In this document: positions 56,226 through 64,000 of the stretch, piece by piece | Numbering within the stretch: position 1 is the stretch's first letter | Layout of the letters: every line of letters begins with the position of its first letter | Source: Bacteroidales bacterium | GTDB taxonomy: Bacteria; Bacteroidota; Bacteroidia; Bacteroidales; VadinHA17 | Direction: 5' to 3' | DNA length: 64,000 nt | Assembly: GCA_007132995.1 (NCBI GenBank) | Contig: SLNP01000023.1 | Span: 618-64,617 of the forward strand | Made by a program: the position numbers and the translations under genes | Notes under the pieces: model-generated | What the model was told of the DNA's origin: nothing | Seen by the model: the letters and a program-made list of their open reading frames with translations, nothing else | Databases searched by the model: none

Positions 56226-57002
56226 CTACCAGTTAATTAAAGATCTGACCCTGTCGGCTGTCGCCCTCCTCTTCAATACCTCTTCCTGTATCCGCTGCTC
56301 ATTGGCAGTAAGAGCTTCAAGCAGTCTTCTGGCATCTTCATCTGACATTACGCGCTCCTCTCCGTCTCTCTCCCTCTCTCTCTCTCCTGGGTTATCACTG
56401 CTATCTCCCTGTTGTTCCTGTCCCTCCTCCGGTTGGTCGCCGGCCTGATCCTTATCATCCTCTCCACGGTCCTGGTCTTCGTCGCCGCTCTCATCACCTT
56501 CATCCTGCTGCTGCTGCTGCTCTTGCTGTTGCTTCTGTTCCTCAAGCAGGTCTTGTGCAAAGGCAAGGTTAAATTTGGCCTCTCTATTTGACGGATTTAT
56601 TCTCAGGGCGTTCTTGTAGGCTTCGATACTTTCAATCAGGTTGCCGCTACTCAGGTGTGCATTTCCCATATTGAAGTACCCTTTCTCTCTTTTAGCAGCA
56701 TCATCTGAAGCAGATATGCTTCTTTCCCACGCCGATACGGCATCATCAAATCTTTGCTGGCGGTAAATGGCACTACCAAGATTGAAGAGTGTCACCGGCA
56801 GATTACCACCCGCTTCAGCTGCCCTTCTGTAGGCTATTTCAGATTCTACAAAGTTATCTGCCCGGTACAGCCTGTTTCCCTCCCTTAGATGCCTCCTTTC
56901 CGGTTGCGAATAGAGGAGGTTGGGAATCATTGCGAAGGCTATCATAAATAGTATACTCCAGCCTCCGTATCTGCGCCAACACCTGAATAGCAACTGCTTC
57001 AT
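56226..57002 (-). CDS. batC: BatC-like TPR protein with Gln/Asp/Glu-rich tail
   Basis: N-terminal TM, TPR units (LFNLGSAIYRQQRFDDAVSAWERS, GYFNMGNAHLSSGNLIESIEAYKNALRINP), then QEQQQQQDEGDESGDEDQDRGEDDKD... Confidence 0.7.
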   Translation of the reverse strand: MKQLLFRCWRRYGGWSILFMIAFAMIPNLLYSQPERRHLREGNRLYRADNFVESEIAYRRAAEAGGNLPVTLFNLGSAIYRQQRFDDAVSAWERSISASDDAAKREKGYFNMGNAHLSSGNLIESIEAYKNALRINPSNREAKFNLAFAQDLLEEQKQQQEQQQQQDEGDESGDEDQDRGEDDKDQAGDQPEEGQEQQGDSSDNPGERERERDGEERVMSDEDARRLLEALTANEQRIQEEVLKRRATADRVRSLINW

Positions 57003-58042
57003 TACACCTTTAGTTTAAAGAGTTTTATGCGGTTTATTCTGTTGTTTTTTCGGTTCATGGTGACACTATCTGCCAGAATAAGAAGAAGCGCAAAAGCTGC
57101 GAGATAGTGATAATGATCGTAGTATTCGGTAAATACTCTTCTATCATCGCTCTCTGCCTCTCCCCTCTCTACCTCGGAGTAGATCTCTCTGAGGCGGAGC
57201 CCGCTGTTAGAGGCCCTCACATACCTGCCTCCTGCTGTGGAGGCAATCTCTCTCAACATCTCCTCATCCAGGCGTGTCACAACAGTATTACCCTCATGAT
57301 CTTTCAGGAAGCTTCTATCTGCACCTGTACCGATGGGTATGGGCACCCCTTCAGGCGACCCTATTCCGACTGTGTGTATTACTATTCCACGATCTGCAGC
57401 CTCTTTAGCAGATGCAATCGGGTCATCATCATGGGTCTCCCCATCTGAAATGATTATTACCACCTTACTGCTCATCTCTGTCGGTGAGAATGATCTTGCA
57501 GCAAGATCTATAGCTCTCCCTATAGCGGTTCCGGGTACCGGCATTATATCTGTGCTTATTGCTGAAAGAAACATTCTGGCCGATACATGGTCAGCCGTAA
57601 CCGGCAGCTGAACAAAGGCGTCACCTGCAAAGAGTATAAGACCAACCCTGTCGTCACCAAGCTGATCAATCAGCCTTCTGATAGCCTGCTTTGACGCCTC
57701 AAGACGATTGGGTCTGATATCTTCGGCAAGCATCGACTTACTTACATCGAGCACTATTATTACCTCCGAGGCAGGCAGGGCTCTCTCTTCGAGTTTAGAT
57801 CCGTACTGTGGTCTGGCAGCGGCTATCACAACAGATATGTATGCTGCTGTTACAAGCAGGAATTTGACAGCGTTGCGCCCCGGTGAGCGGTCAGGTATCA
57901 GCCTCTTTATTATGTCACCCCTTCCAAATTTCGCCAGTGATCTGGTGGTTCTGTATCTGCTGATAATCCACAGAACCACGATCGGCGGTAGTGCCAGTAG
58001 ATAGTAGAGGTATTCCGGATTTGCAAACCTGAAAAGTTCCAT
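57002..58042 (-). CDS. batB: BatB-like vWA-domain membrane protein
   Basis: N-terminal TM pair, MIDAS VLDVSKSM, ...IIISDGETHDD. ATG at 58042 (MELFRF) is preferred over TTG at 58048. Confidence 0.8.
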   Translation of the reverse strand: MELFRFANPEYLYYLLALPPIVVLWIISRYRTTRSLAKFGRGDIIKRLIPDRSPGRNAVKFLLVTAAYISVVIAAARPQYGSKLEERALPASEVIIVLDVSKSMLAEDIRPNRLEASKQAIRRLIDQLGDDRVGLILFAGDAFVQLPVTADHVSARMFLSAISTDIMPVPGTAIGRAIDLAARSFSPTEMSSKVVIIISDGETHDDDPIASAKEAADRGIVIHTVGIGSPEGVPIPIGTGADRSFLKDHEGNTVVTRLDEEMLREIASTAGGRYVRASNSGLRLREIYSEVERGEAESDDRRVFTEYYDHYHYLAAFALLLILADSVTMNRKNNRINRIKLFKLKV

Positions 58043-58055
58043 AGTCAATTTACTC

Positions 58056-59048
58056 TTAAGCTACTCTTTTCATTACCCCGTATCGTATCAAAAACCAGGC
58101 TAGTAGTGCTGCAATAGCAGCAGCAGCAAGGGGAAGGTACTCATCTTCCCTTCTGGAATACTCCCTCATTTCGATAACAGATCTCTCAAGCCTGTCTATC
58201 TCCTCATAGACATTTCTGAGAGCCTCGTTATCTGTCGCCCTGAAATAACTGCCTCCTGTTTTTTCGGCTATATACTTCAGTATCTCCTCATCGATGTCTG
58301 CCGGAATGTCCCTGTATTGTGTACCGAAAGGTGTCTGTATCGGATAGGGGGCCACACCCTCCGACCCCACCCCGATAGTGTAGATACGGATATCGAATAC
58401 CCTGGCCAGTTCGGCACCCATCTCAGGCGATATTTCACCCATGTTGTTCACTCCGTCGGTCAGAAGAATAATCACTTTGCTCGCGGCATCAGACTCTTTC
58501 AGTCTGTTTACTGCGGTGGCAATACCCATGCCTATTGCAGTTCCGTCGCGTATCATGCCGGGCCCCGCCTCCCTTAGCAGGTTAATCACTGTTGCATGAT
58601 CTGTTGTCAGAGGCACCTGGGTAAAACTCTCTCCACTGAATATCACTACTCCTATCCTGTCGTTACCACGACCCGATATAAATTCAACAGAGATATCCTT
58701 TGCCGCTTCTATCCTGTCAGGCTTGAGATCCTGTGCCAGCATACTTCCCGACACATCGAGAGCAATCATTATATCTATACCTTCGCTCTCAGACTCATGC
58801 CATCTGTCTGAAGAGTATGGTCTCGCTATTATCAATATCAGCAGGAGGGCTGTAACCGTTTTTAAGCCAAACAGTACATGCATGAGGTACTCTCTCCATG
58901 TTCGCTTCAGGTTTGAGAATTGCACCTCGGCCGGAAAAGTTACAGGGGGCTCTCCCCTCTTATGATTAACTATGTATATGATAACCATAAGAGGTATCAG
59001 CAACAGCAACACAAGAACCCATGGATATGTAAACTGAATATCTGTCAT
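58056..59048 (-). CDS. batA: BatA-like vWA-domain membrane protein
   Basis: N-terminal TM pair, MIDAS ALDVSGSM, ILLTDGVNN, C-terminal TM. Confidence 0.8.
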   Translation of the reverse strand: MTDIQFTYPWVLVLLLLIPLMVIIYIVNHKRGEPPVTFPAEVQFSNLKRTWREYLMHVLFGLKTVTALLLILIIARPYSSDRWHESESEGIDIMIALDVSGSMLAQDLKPDRIEAAKDISVEFISGRGNDRIGVVIFSGESFTQVPLTTDHATVINLLREAGPGMIRDGTAIGMGIATAVNRLKESDAASKVIILLTDGVNNMGEISPEMGAELARVFDIRIYTIGVGSEGVAPYPIQTPFGTQYRDIPADIDEEILKYIAEKTGGSYFRATDNEALRNVYEEIDRLERSVIEMREYSRREDEYLPLAAAAIAALLAWFLIRYGVMKRVA

Positions 59049-60052
59049 ACTCCTGGTCTGCTTCTCTCTTTCACCTGTTCACTCTTCCCACTCTCGTCCG
59101 CTCTTTCGGACAGGCGCTCCTTTCTGGTCTTTGAAACAAAGTTCCATGCATGCTCCATACATATTTCGCAGTCGGTATCCTCCGGCGTATGTTTTGCAAA
59201 CTTCACAAGGTCAGATAATGTAAGAATATCCTTCAGGCACTCTCCTACATCATCGAAGTTCATCTCCGACGATCCAAGCATAGCTAGAGTCTCTTCGCTG
59301 GTCGATTCCAGAGAGTTCAGACCATATCTGTTGTCAATATACTCCCGCACTATGAATGATATTCTTATAAAGTACTCCTTATACCGACCCTGCTGCCACA
59401 GCTTTTCGCTTCTCAGTTTTTCCAGGCTCCGGTATGCCAGAATATGAGCCGCCTCCGGAGGAACTATTTCTGCCTCAAGGCCCTCTGCTCTTCTCCCTCT
59501 TATATATTTCATTACAAGCCACAGGATAAAAAGGATGGCTGCAGTGAGAAGCATCCATGGCATAACCTCTCCGGGAGTCAATGGAGCCCGGTATGGTTCA
59601 ATAATATCATAGAATCCGGTTTCGGTATCAGGCGGAGCAATATCGGGTCTCTCAACCTTAATGTAGGCGTAGTCGGAATGGAAGCGCCTTATTGCACTTT
59701 CGGTATGCATCTCGGCATAGATCGGCCTCACCTCGTATCTGCCTGTATCAAAAGATGTTACCAGGTATCGGTGATATATTGCAAGCCTCTCTTCATCAAG
59801 ATACAGGGTGTCCTTATCAGGCCCTCTCAGAATCTCAATTCCATTTGTGAGGGTATCTTTCAGAGTGACCACTTCAAGAGATATACCGGCCGGTTGTTCT
59901 ATCCTGACACTGTATCCGACATGGTCTCCTATCGTTATATGTGTTGTATCGAAGAGAGAGGTTACCCTGATATCTTTGCCGATGGCAGATGATAACATCA
60001 CCAATTGCAGAATCATGATAATGTATGCCCCCTTTCTCATCAATCCTGTCAT
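59045..60052 (-). CDS. Bat-operon membrane protein (DUF4381-like)
   Basis: Signal/anchor, beta-rich periplasmic part, single TM (MPWMLLTAAILFILWLVM), helical cytoplasmic tail. 4-nt overlaps with both neighbours. Confidence 0.5.
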   Translation of the reverse strand: MTGLMRKGAYIIMILQLVMLSSAIGKDIRVTSLFDTTHITIGDHVGYSVRIEQPAGISLEVVTLKDTLTNGIEILRGPDKDTLYLDEERLAIYHRYLVTSFDTGRYEVRPIYAEMHTESAIRRFHSDYAYIKVERPDIAPPDTETGFYDIIEPYRAPLTPGEVMPWMLLTAAILFILWLVMKYIRGRRAEGLEAEIVPPEAAHILAYRSLEKLRSEKLWQQGRYKEYFIRISFIVREYIDNRYGLNSLESTSEETLAMLGSSEMNFDDVGECLKDILTLSDLVKFAKHTPEDTDCEICMEHAWNFVSKTRKERLSERADESGKSEQVKERSRPGV

Positions 60053-60921
60053 CTTCTTTTAAAGAGATTCATTAATGGTTTTACATAGTCTTCATCTGTA
60101 CATATTTCGGCGTAGTCGACACCGCACTGACCGAGACGGGCGGCAGCGGTTCTGGTATGTTTTTGCCACCATTCGGCATATGCTTTCCTGTTGTAGCCGG
60201 AAGATGTATCAATAAACCTTTCGGCACCGGTTTCAGGATCTTTCATCTTTACAAGGCCGATATCTTTAAGTTCGGTCTCACCCCTGTCGTATACCCTTAC
60301 TGCAATAGCATCATGTTTTTCAGATGCAATTTGGAGTGGCCTGGTAAAATCCGGCAGAATAAAGTCAGATATAATAAATAGTACAGCCCTCTTTTTTATT
60401 GCATTTTTTACAAACCGGAGAGGTTCATCAAGAGATGAACCGTCCCTTTGAGGTTTAAAGCCAAGTATCTCCCTTATGATGCGCAATATGTGAGTTTTCC
60501 CCTTTTTTGGGGGGATAAATTTTTCGACCCTGTCGCTAAACAGTACAACTCCTATCTTATCATTATTTGATATGGCAGAGAAGGAGAGCAGAGCGGCTAT
60601 TTCGGTTATCATATCCCTCTTAAGTCTGCTATCTGTTCCGAACCCTCCCGACCCGCTCACATCAACCATAATTATTACGGTTAGCTCTCTCTCCTCTTCA
60701 TATACCTTTACGAAAGGGCTGTTCAGCCGTGCGGTCACATTCCAGTCAATTGTCCGTATATCATCCCCGTAAACATACTCCCTTACCTCACTGAAGGCTA
60801 TGCCGCGACCTTTGAAAGCGCTGAGGTACTGACCGGCAAATACCTGCCTGCTAAGACCCCTCGTCTTTATCTCTATCTTGCGTAGCTTTTTTATCAGATC
60901 GGTTGTTTCCACTCTCAACAC
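60049..60921 (-). CDS. DUF58 domain protein (MoxR-associated, vWA-like)
   Basis: KIEIKTRGLSRQVFAGQYLSAFKGRGIAFSEVREYVYGDDIRTIDWNVTAR, typical of DUF58. GTG start at 60921. Confidence 0.85.
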   Translation of the reverse strand: MLRVETTDLIKKLRKIEIKTRGLSRQVFAGQYLSAFKGRGIAFSEVREYVYGDDIRTIDWNVTARLNSPFVKVYEEERELTVIIMVDVSGSGGFGTDSRLKRDMITEIAALLSFSAISNNDKIGVVLFSDRVEKFIPPKKGKTHILRIIREILGFKPQRDGSSLDEPLRFVKNAIKKRAVLFIISDFILPDFTRPLQIASEKHDAIAVRVYDRGETELKDIGLVKMKDPETGAERFIDTSSGYNRKAYAEWWQKHTRTAAARLGQCGVDYAEICTDEDYVKPLMNLFKRR

Positions 60922-60928
60922 TCTCTCT

Positions 60929-61366
60929 TTAAATCTTCTTCTGCTCTGTCCCCTTCACCTCTCCCCTTCTGAAACGAATGGTATAGTAGAACTGATCGTC
61001 GCTTAAAGTGATACTGTATCTCTCTTCTCCTCTCGTTTCCGCCCACTCGTTTTCTCCGATTCTTCTATAGAGCGAATCCAGCCTGCTAACCTTCTCTCTG
61101 TAAAATGCCCTGTCGAATATTAGTCGTACCTCCAGACACCTCTCTTTATCATCAAAGAAGAAGAGTATGGTTTGTCTCTCCCCTCTGTCAACATATCTCA
61201 GAAGCGACAGCTCTTCGCTTCCCCTGTATCTTTGCAGGGAAAAATCATACATCTTCTCGCTCATATAACTCGCAACCTCATCTCGCGACCGACCCACAAG
61301 ATTTTGTGACTCGGCATAAGTGAGGTTAAGAGATATTGCCATAGCAATTACAGTCAACACTTTCAT
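60929..61366 (-). CDS. Hypothetical secreted protein (145 aa) between the MoxR and DUF58 genes
   Basis: Signal peptide MKVLTVIAMAISLNLTYA. No recognisable motif. Tightly packed (15-nt and 7-nt gaps). Confidence 0.5.
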   Translation of the reverse strand: MKVLTVIAMAISLNLTYAESQNLVGRSRDEVASYMSEKMYDFSLQRYRGSEELSLLRYVDRGERQTILFFFDDKERCLEVRLIFDRAFYREKVSRLDSLYRRIGENEWAETRGEERYSITLSDDQFYYTIRFRRGEVKGTEQKKI

Positions 61367-61381
61367 AAATTCATATATAGA

Positions 61382-62377
61382 TTAAGGCACCTCAACCTTG
61401 TTGAGTATCTCTGATATTATTTCGTCAGTAGTTACATTTTCAGCCTCCGCTTCATAGGTGAGACCTATCCTGTGACGCATCACATCGTGACAGACAGCCC
61501 TGACATCTTCCGGAATAACATACCCACGGTGTCTGATAAATGCATACGCTTTAGATGCCAGTGATATATTAACCGATGCCCTGGGCGAACTGCCATACTC
61601 TATCATCGGAGTTAGTTTCTCCAGCCCCTCTCTCTCCGGGAACCTGGTAGCGAAGACTATATTGAGAATATAGTCCTCTATCTTCTCATCCATATAGACC
61701 TCCCTTACAACATCTCTGGCTGCAATTATATCCGCAACCGAAAGAACCCTTGAAGCTGTTGGGAACTCCCTGGCCAGATTCTCCCTGATTATAAGCCTCT
61801 CCTCTTCGACAGAGGGGTAGGTTATCAGCACCTTCATCATAAATCTGTCTGTCTGGGCTTCGGGCAGCGGGTAGGTACCTTCCTGCTCAATCGGGTTCTG
61901 TGTTGCAAGAACCATAAAGGGGTCATCAAGTTTATAGCTGATATCCCCTATCGTCACCTGACGCTCCTGCATACACTCAAGAAGGGCGCTCTGAACTTTG
62001 GCCGGAGACCTGTTAATCTCATCAGCCAGAATAAAGTTGGCAAAGAGCGGCCCTTTTCTCACAACAAACTCTTCTTTCTTCTGGCTGTATATCATGGTTC
62101 CTGTAAGGTCGGCCGGAAGAAGGTCGGGTGTGAACTGTATCCGGTTAAAACTGGCGTCAATGATTGATGCCAGCGTTCTCACTGCCAATGTCTTGGCAAG
62201 TCCCGGCACCCCTTCAAGGAGAATATGCCCGTTGGTAAGTAGTCCTGTAAGAAGCGAGTCAGTAAGATTCTTCTGCCCGAATATAACCTTACCCATCTCG
62301 TCTCTGATGGTCTTGATAAAGGCGCTCTCCTTCTCAATCTTCTCATTCAGCAGCTTAATGTCCACTCTCTGTTCCAT
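61382..62377 (-). CDS. MoxR-family AAA+ ATPase
   Basis: Walker A LLEGVPGLAKT, Walker B ILADEINR, GTYPLPEAQTDRF. 331 aa. Confidence 0.93.
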   Translation of the reverse strand: MEQRVDIKLLNEKIEKESAFIKTIRDEMGKVIFGQKNLTDSLLTGLLTNGHILLEGVPGLAKTLAVRTLASIIDASFNRIQFTPDLLPADLTGTMIYSQKKEEFVVRKGPLFANFILADEINRSPAKVQSALLECMQERQVTIGDISYKLDDPFMVLATQNPIEQEGTYPLPEAQTDRFMMKVLITYPSVEEERLIIRENLAREFPTASRVLSVADIIAARDVVREVYMDEKIEDYILNIVFATRFPEREGLEKLTPMIEYGSSPRASVNISLASKAYAFIRHRGYVIPEDVRAVCHDVMRHRIGLTYEAEAENVTTDEIISEILNKVEVP

Positions 62378-62530
62378 ATCAAATAGTGATTACTCATCAA
62401 TGAAAAATGTAAGCGCCGATTACTCCATAAACCGGAGCAAGCCGGCGACTTATATTACTACCCTCAGCGGGTGTCACGCAAAAGAAATTTTTTATCTCAA
62501 AATAGCTTCTTAATGACTGTTAAAGTTATG

Positions 62531-63727
62531 TTAAACAGCGAGGCTTCTCCGCCTCTTCAGCCAGATGCCGGTTTCGCCCAGAAACCAGAGCCTGACAAGA
62601 AGAATTAGAACAAGCGGCAGCATTGAAGGATTAAAAGCCTGGGGAAGAAAAGGCGCAGCTACCAGGAATATGGTAATAACAGAGAGGTTTATCCGGTGTA
62701 TAGCCGGAGAGCTCTTCCGGATAAAAAGGGCGATAAAAGAGAGTATTATAAGAGGATTTGCCCATATAGTATTTAAATTGTGGCCCGTAGCATCGTGATC
62801 GGTAAAAAAAGTAACAAACCATATCAGGAGTGCAAGCAGGGAGAAGAGCCCGGTTATGGTAAGGTCAAAAGGTGCTCTGACCCCTTTCAGACGCTTGCTA
62901 ACCGATATTAAGAGTGTAAGAACCAACAGAGCAGACAATATTATGCCCGGCGACAGCAGCAGGGGTGTGCGTGTTGCAGATGACTCGAATCTCAGTACAG
63001 TTGTCGGCTTTGAAAGCAGTGGCATCTCTACCCCCTCTCTCAATATAGTCGCTGAGGTCAGGTTGTACATAAGGTAGTCGGGAAGAAACATCTGGTCAGA
63101 CTCATCGGCCCTCTTATCGGCAGGCATACCGAGAAGCATGTCTATTCCCAGATCGAGCCATCTCATATTACTCTGGTATATGCTCAGCAGATCCCTGAAG
63201 GTTGGAAGAGTCTCCTCTTCTGCCCTCTCAAGCGATATCCTGCCTGCTGTTGCATCAACCAGTATATCTCTTATACGCGTTGCACAGTTATCGTAAAAAA
63301 AGTCATACCTGTATTTTACATTCTCCGGCTTAAGGTTCTCTTCAACCAGTTCAATAAGTTTTTCCAATTCGTCAGCTGTAAGGAATATCTCCTGCGAATG
63401 AACATCTCTCTCTTCGAAGGTGTATTCAGCGAGAAACCTGTTGTAAGAGTAAGCGATAAGCATATAGTCAAGCCTCCCCTTAATAAATCTGTATGCAAAG
63501 TTGGGAGTTGAGAAGTCGAAGACACCCCAGTTAAAGACCTGATCATAATTCTGTGACTCATTAACAAGTCGCAGCGCGCTGTGTCCGTAAATAGAGTAGA
63601 TCTCTACCCCGGGATCCACTGTGAGAAGATATAGCCTGTAATCGTTCTCCTCGTCAGCCGACAATGGCAGCGAGAGGGGCGGTAGCAGGGTAAGCATAAG
63701 TAGTGCAAGCGCTCTTTTTATGGTCAT
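62531..63727 (-). CDS. DUF4105 / Lnb-type protein (periplasmic N-domain plus polytopic C-terminal domain)
   Basis: Signal peptide. DUF4105-like motifs YSIYGHSALRL and FNWGVFDF. C-terminal half has about 6 TM helices. ATG at 63727 (MTIKRALALL) is preferred over the ORF-track start at 63832. Confidence 0.65.
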   Translation of the reverse strand: MTIKRALALLMLTLLPPLSLPLSADEENDYRLYLLTVDPGVEIYSIYGHSALRLVNESQNYDQVFNWGVFDFSTPNFAYRFIKGRLDYMLIAYSYNRFLAEYTFEERDVHSQEIFLTADELEKLIELVEENLKPENVKYRYDFFYDNCATRIRDILVDATAGRISLERAEEETLPTFRDLLSIYQSNMRWLDLGIDMLLGMPADKRADESDQMFLPDYLMYNLTSATILREGVEMPLLSKPTTVLRFESSATRTPLLLSPGIILSALLVLTLLISVSKRLKGVRAPFDLTITGLFSLLALLIWFVTFFTDHDATGHNLNTIWANPLIILSFIALFIRKSSPAIHRINLSVITIFLVAAPFLPQAFNPSMLPLVLILLVRLWFLGETGIWLKRRRSLAV

Positions 63728-63843
63728 ATCTTTGTGGCTTTGAAAGGTTATTGCAAACCTAACTCTTTTTGTCAAAAGTCTCGCATCATAGTTGCCGGTC
63801 TGCCACTGCCGAACAAACTTTATATTCGACATCTCATAAAAAA

Positions 63844-63869
63844 AGCAGGATCGATTATGTGCGATCCTG
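63844..63869 (-). terminator. Rho-independent terminator after tRNA-Arg
   Basis: GCAGGATCG-attatgtg-CGATCCTGC 9-bp stem. A-run at 63838-63843 gives a U-tract on the minus strand. Confidence 0.65.
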
Positions 63870-63878
63870 CCAGTGGTG

Positions 63879-63955
63879 ATGGTGATTCCGGAGGGATTCG
63901 AACCCCCGACCCACAGCTTAGAAGGCTGTTGCTCTATCCAGCTGAGCTACGGAAC
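63879..63955 (-). tRNA. tRNA-Arg (anticodon TCT), CCA encoded
   Basis: Hand-folded. Acceptor GGTTCCG/CGGAATC (one G-U); D-arm GCTC-AGCTGGATA-GAGC; anticodon stem ACAGC/GCTGT with loop CTTCTAA; T-arm GGGGG-TTCGAAT-CCCTC; discriminator A followed by CCA. Confidence 0.88.
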
Positions 63956-64000
63956 CTCAATCCGGCTGCAAAATTAAACCTTTTTCCCGTTTGTGCAACT

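Overview
The window reads as a mostly core chromosomal segment of a Bacteroidota (Bacteroidia-like, probably anaerobic) genome. All calls rest on motif recognition by eye; no database search was run.

Lineage evidence:
- a complete Bat aerotolerance operon
- the rpmB-rpmG-DUF4295-ftsY-rimO cluster
- a V-type ATPase operon with DUF2764
- a TonB receptor with a CarboxypepD_reg-type N-terminal domain
- a DUF4105/Lnb-type protein
- several TAnnTTTG -7 promoter boxes

Content: I support about 55 CDS, 2 tRNAs (Lys-TTT, Arg-TCT), 5 intrinsic terminators and several short repeats and palindromes. I see no rRNA, CRISPR array, transposase, integrase or phage genes.

Gene blocks, in order:
- a gene-free ~900 bp leader that begins with an odd mosaic of microsatellites
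- small HTH protein, pyrK, pyrD
- Lrp/AsnC regulator, His-rich small membrane protein, orphan TonB-dependent receptor
- tRNA-Lys, SDR, outer-membrane beta-barrel protein, YfcC-like permease
- RelA-type RSH
- dnaE2-dinB cassette divergent from an XRE-S24 repressor
- MobB-like and YtfJ-like proteins, TPR protein
- gyrA, clpC
- rimO, ftsY, DUF4295, rpmG, rpmB
- cinA, fabG, sucD, mnmE
- DASS transporter and rhodanese, cold-shock-domain protein
- V-ATPase operon (E, DUF2764, A, B, D, I, K), Usp, GltS-like symporter, DMT transporter
- nrfHA
- receiver domain and ung
- PLP Cys/Met enzyme, lipoprotein
- Bat operon (MoxR, 145-aa protein, DUF58, membrane protein, BatA-E)
- Lnb-like protein, tRNA-Arg

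Most interesting candidates:
1. An SOS-like mutagenesis module with a CI-like (XRE-S24) repressor, a catalytically intact Y-family polymerase and DnaE2. It has no imuA, and dnaE2 carries a (CT)10 slippage tract.
2. A small HTH protein preceded by four TTACA-N2-TGTAA palindromes, one overlapping its -7 box, sitting directly upstream of pyrK-pyrD.
3. The repeat mosaic at the window start.
4. A His-rich membrane protein paired with a TonB-dependent receptor.
5. A receiver-domain gene translationally coupled to ung.
6. An extra secreted-protein gene inside the Bat operon.

Nothing here is proven novel. Each candidate needs the checks listed with it.
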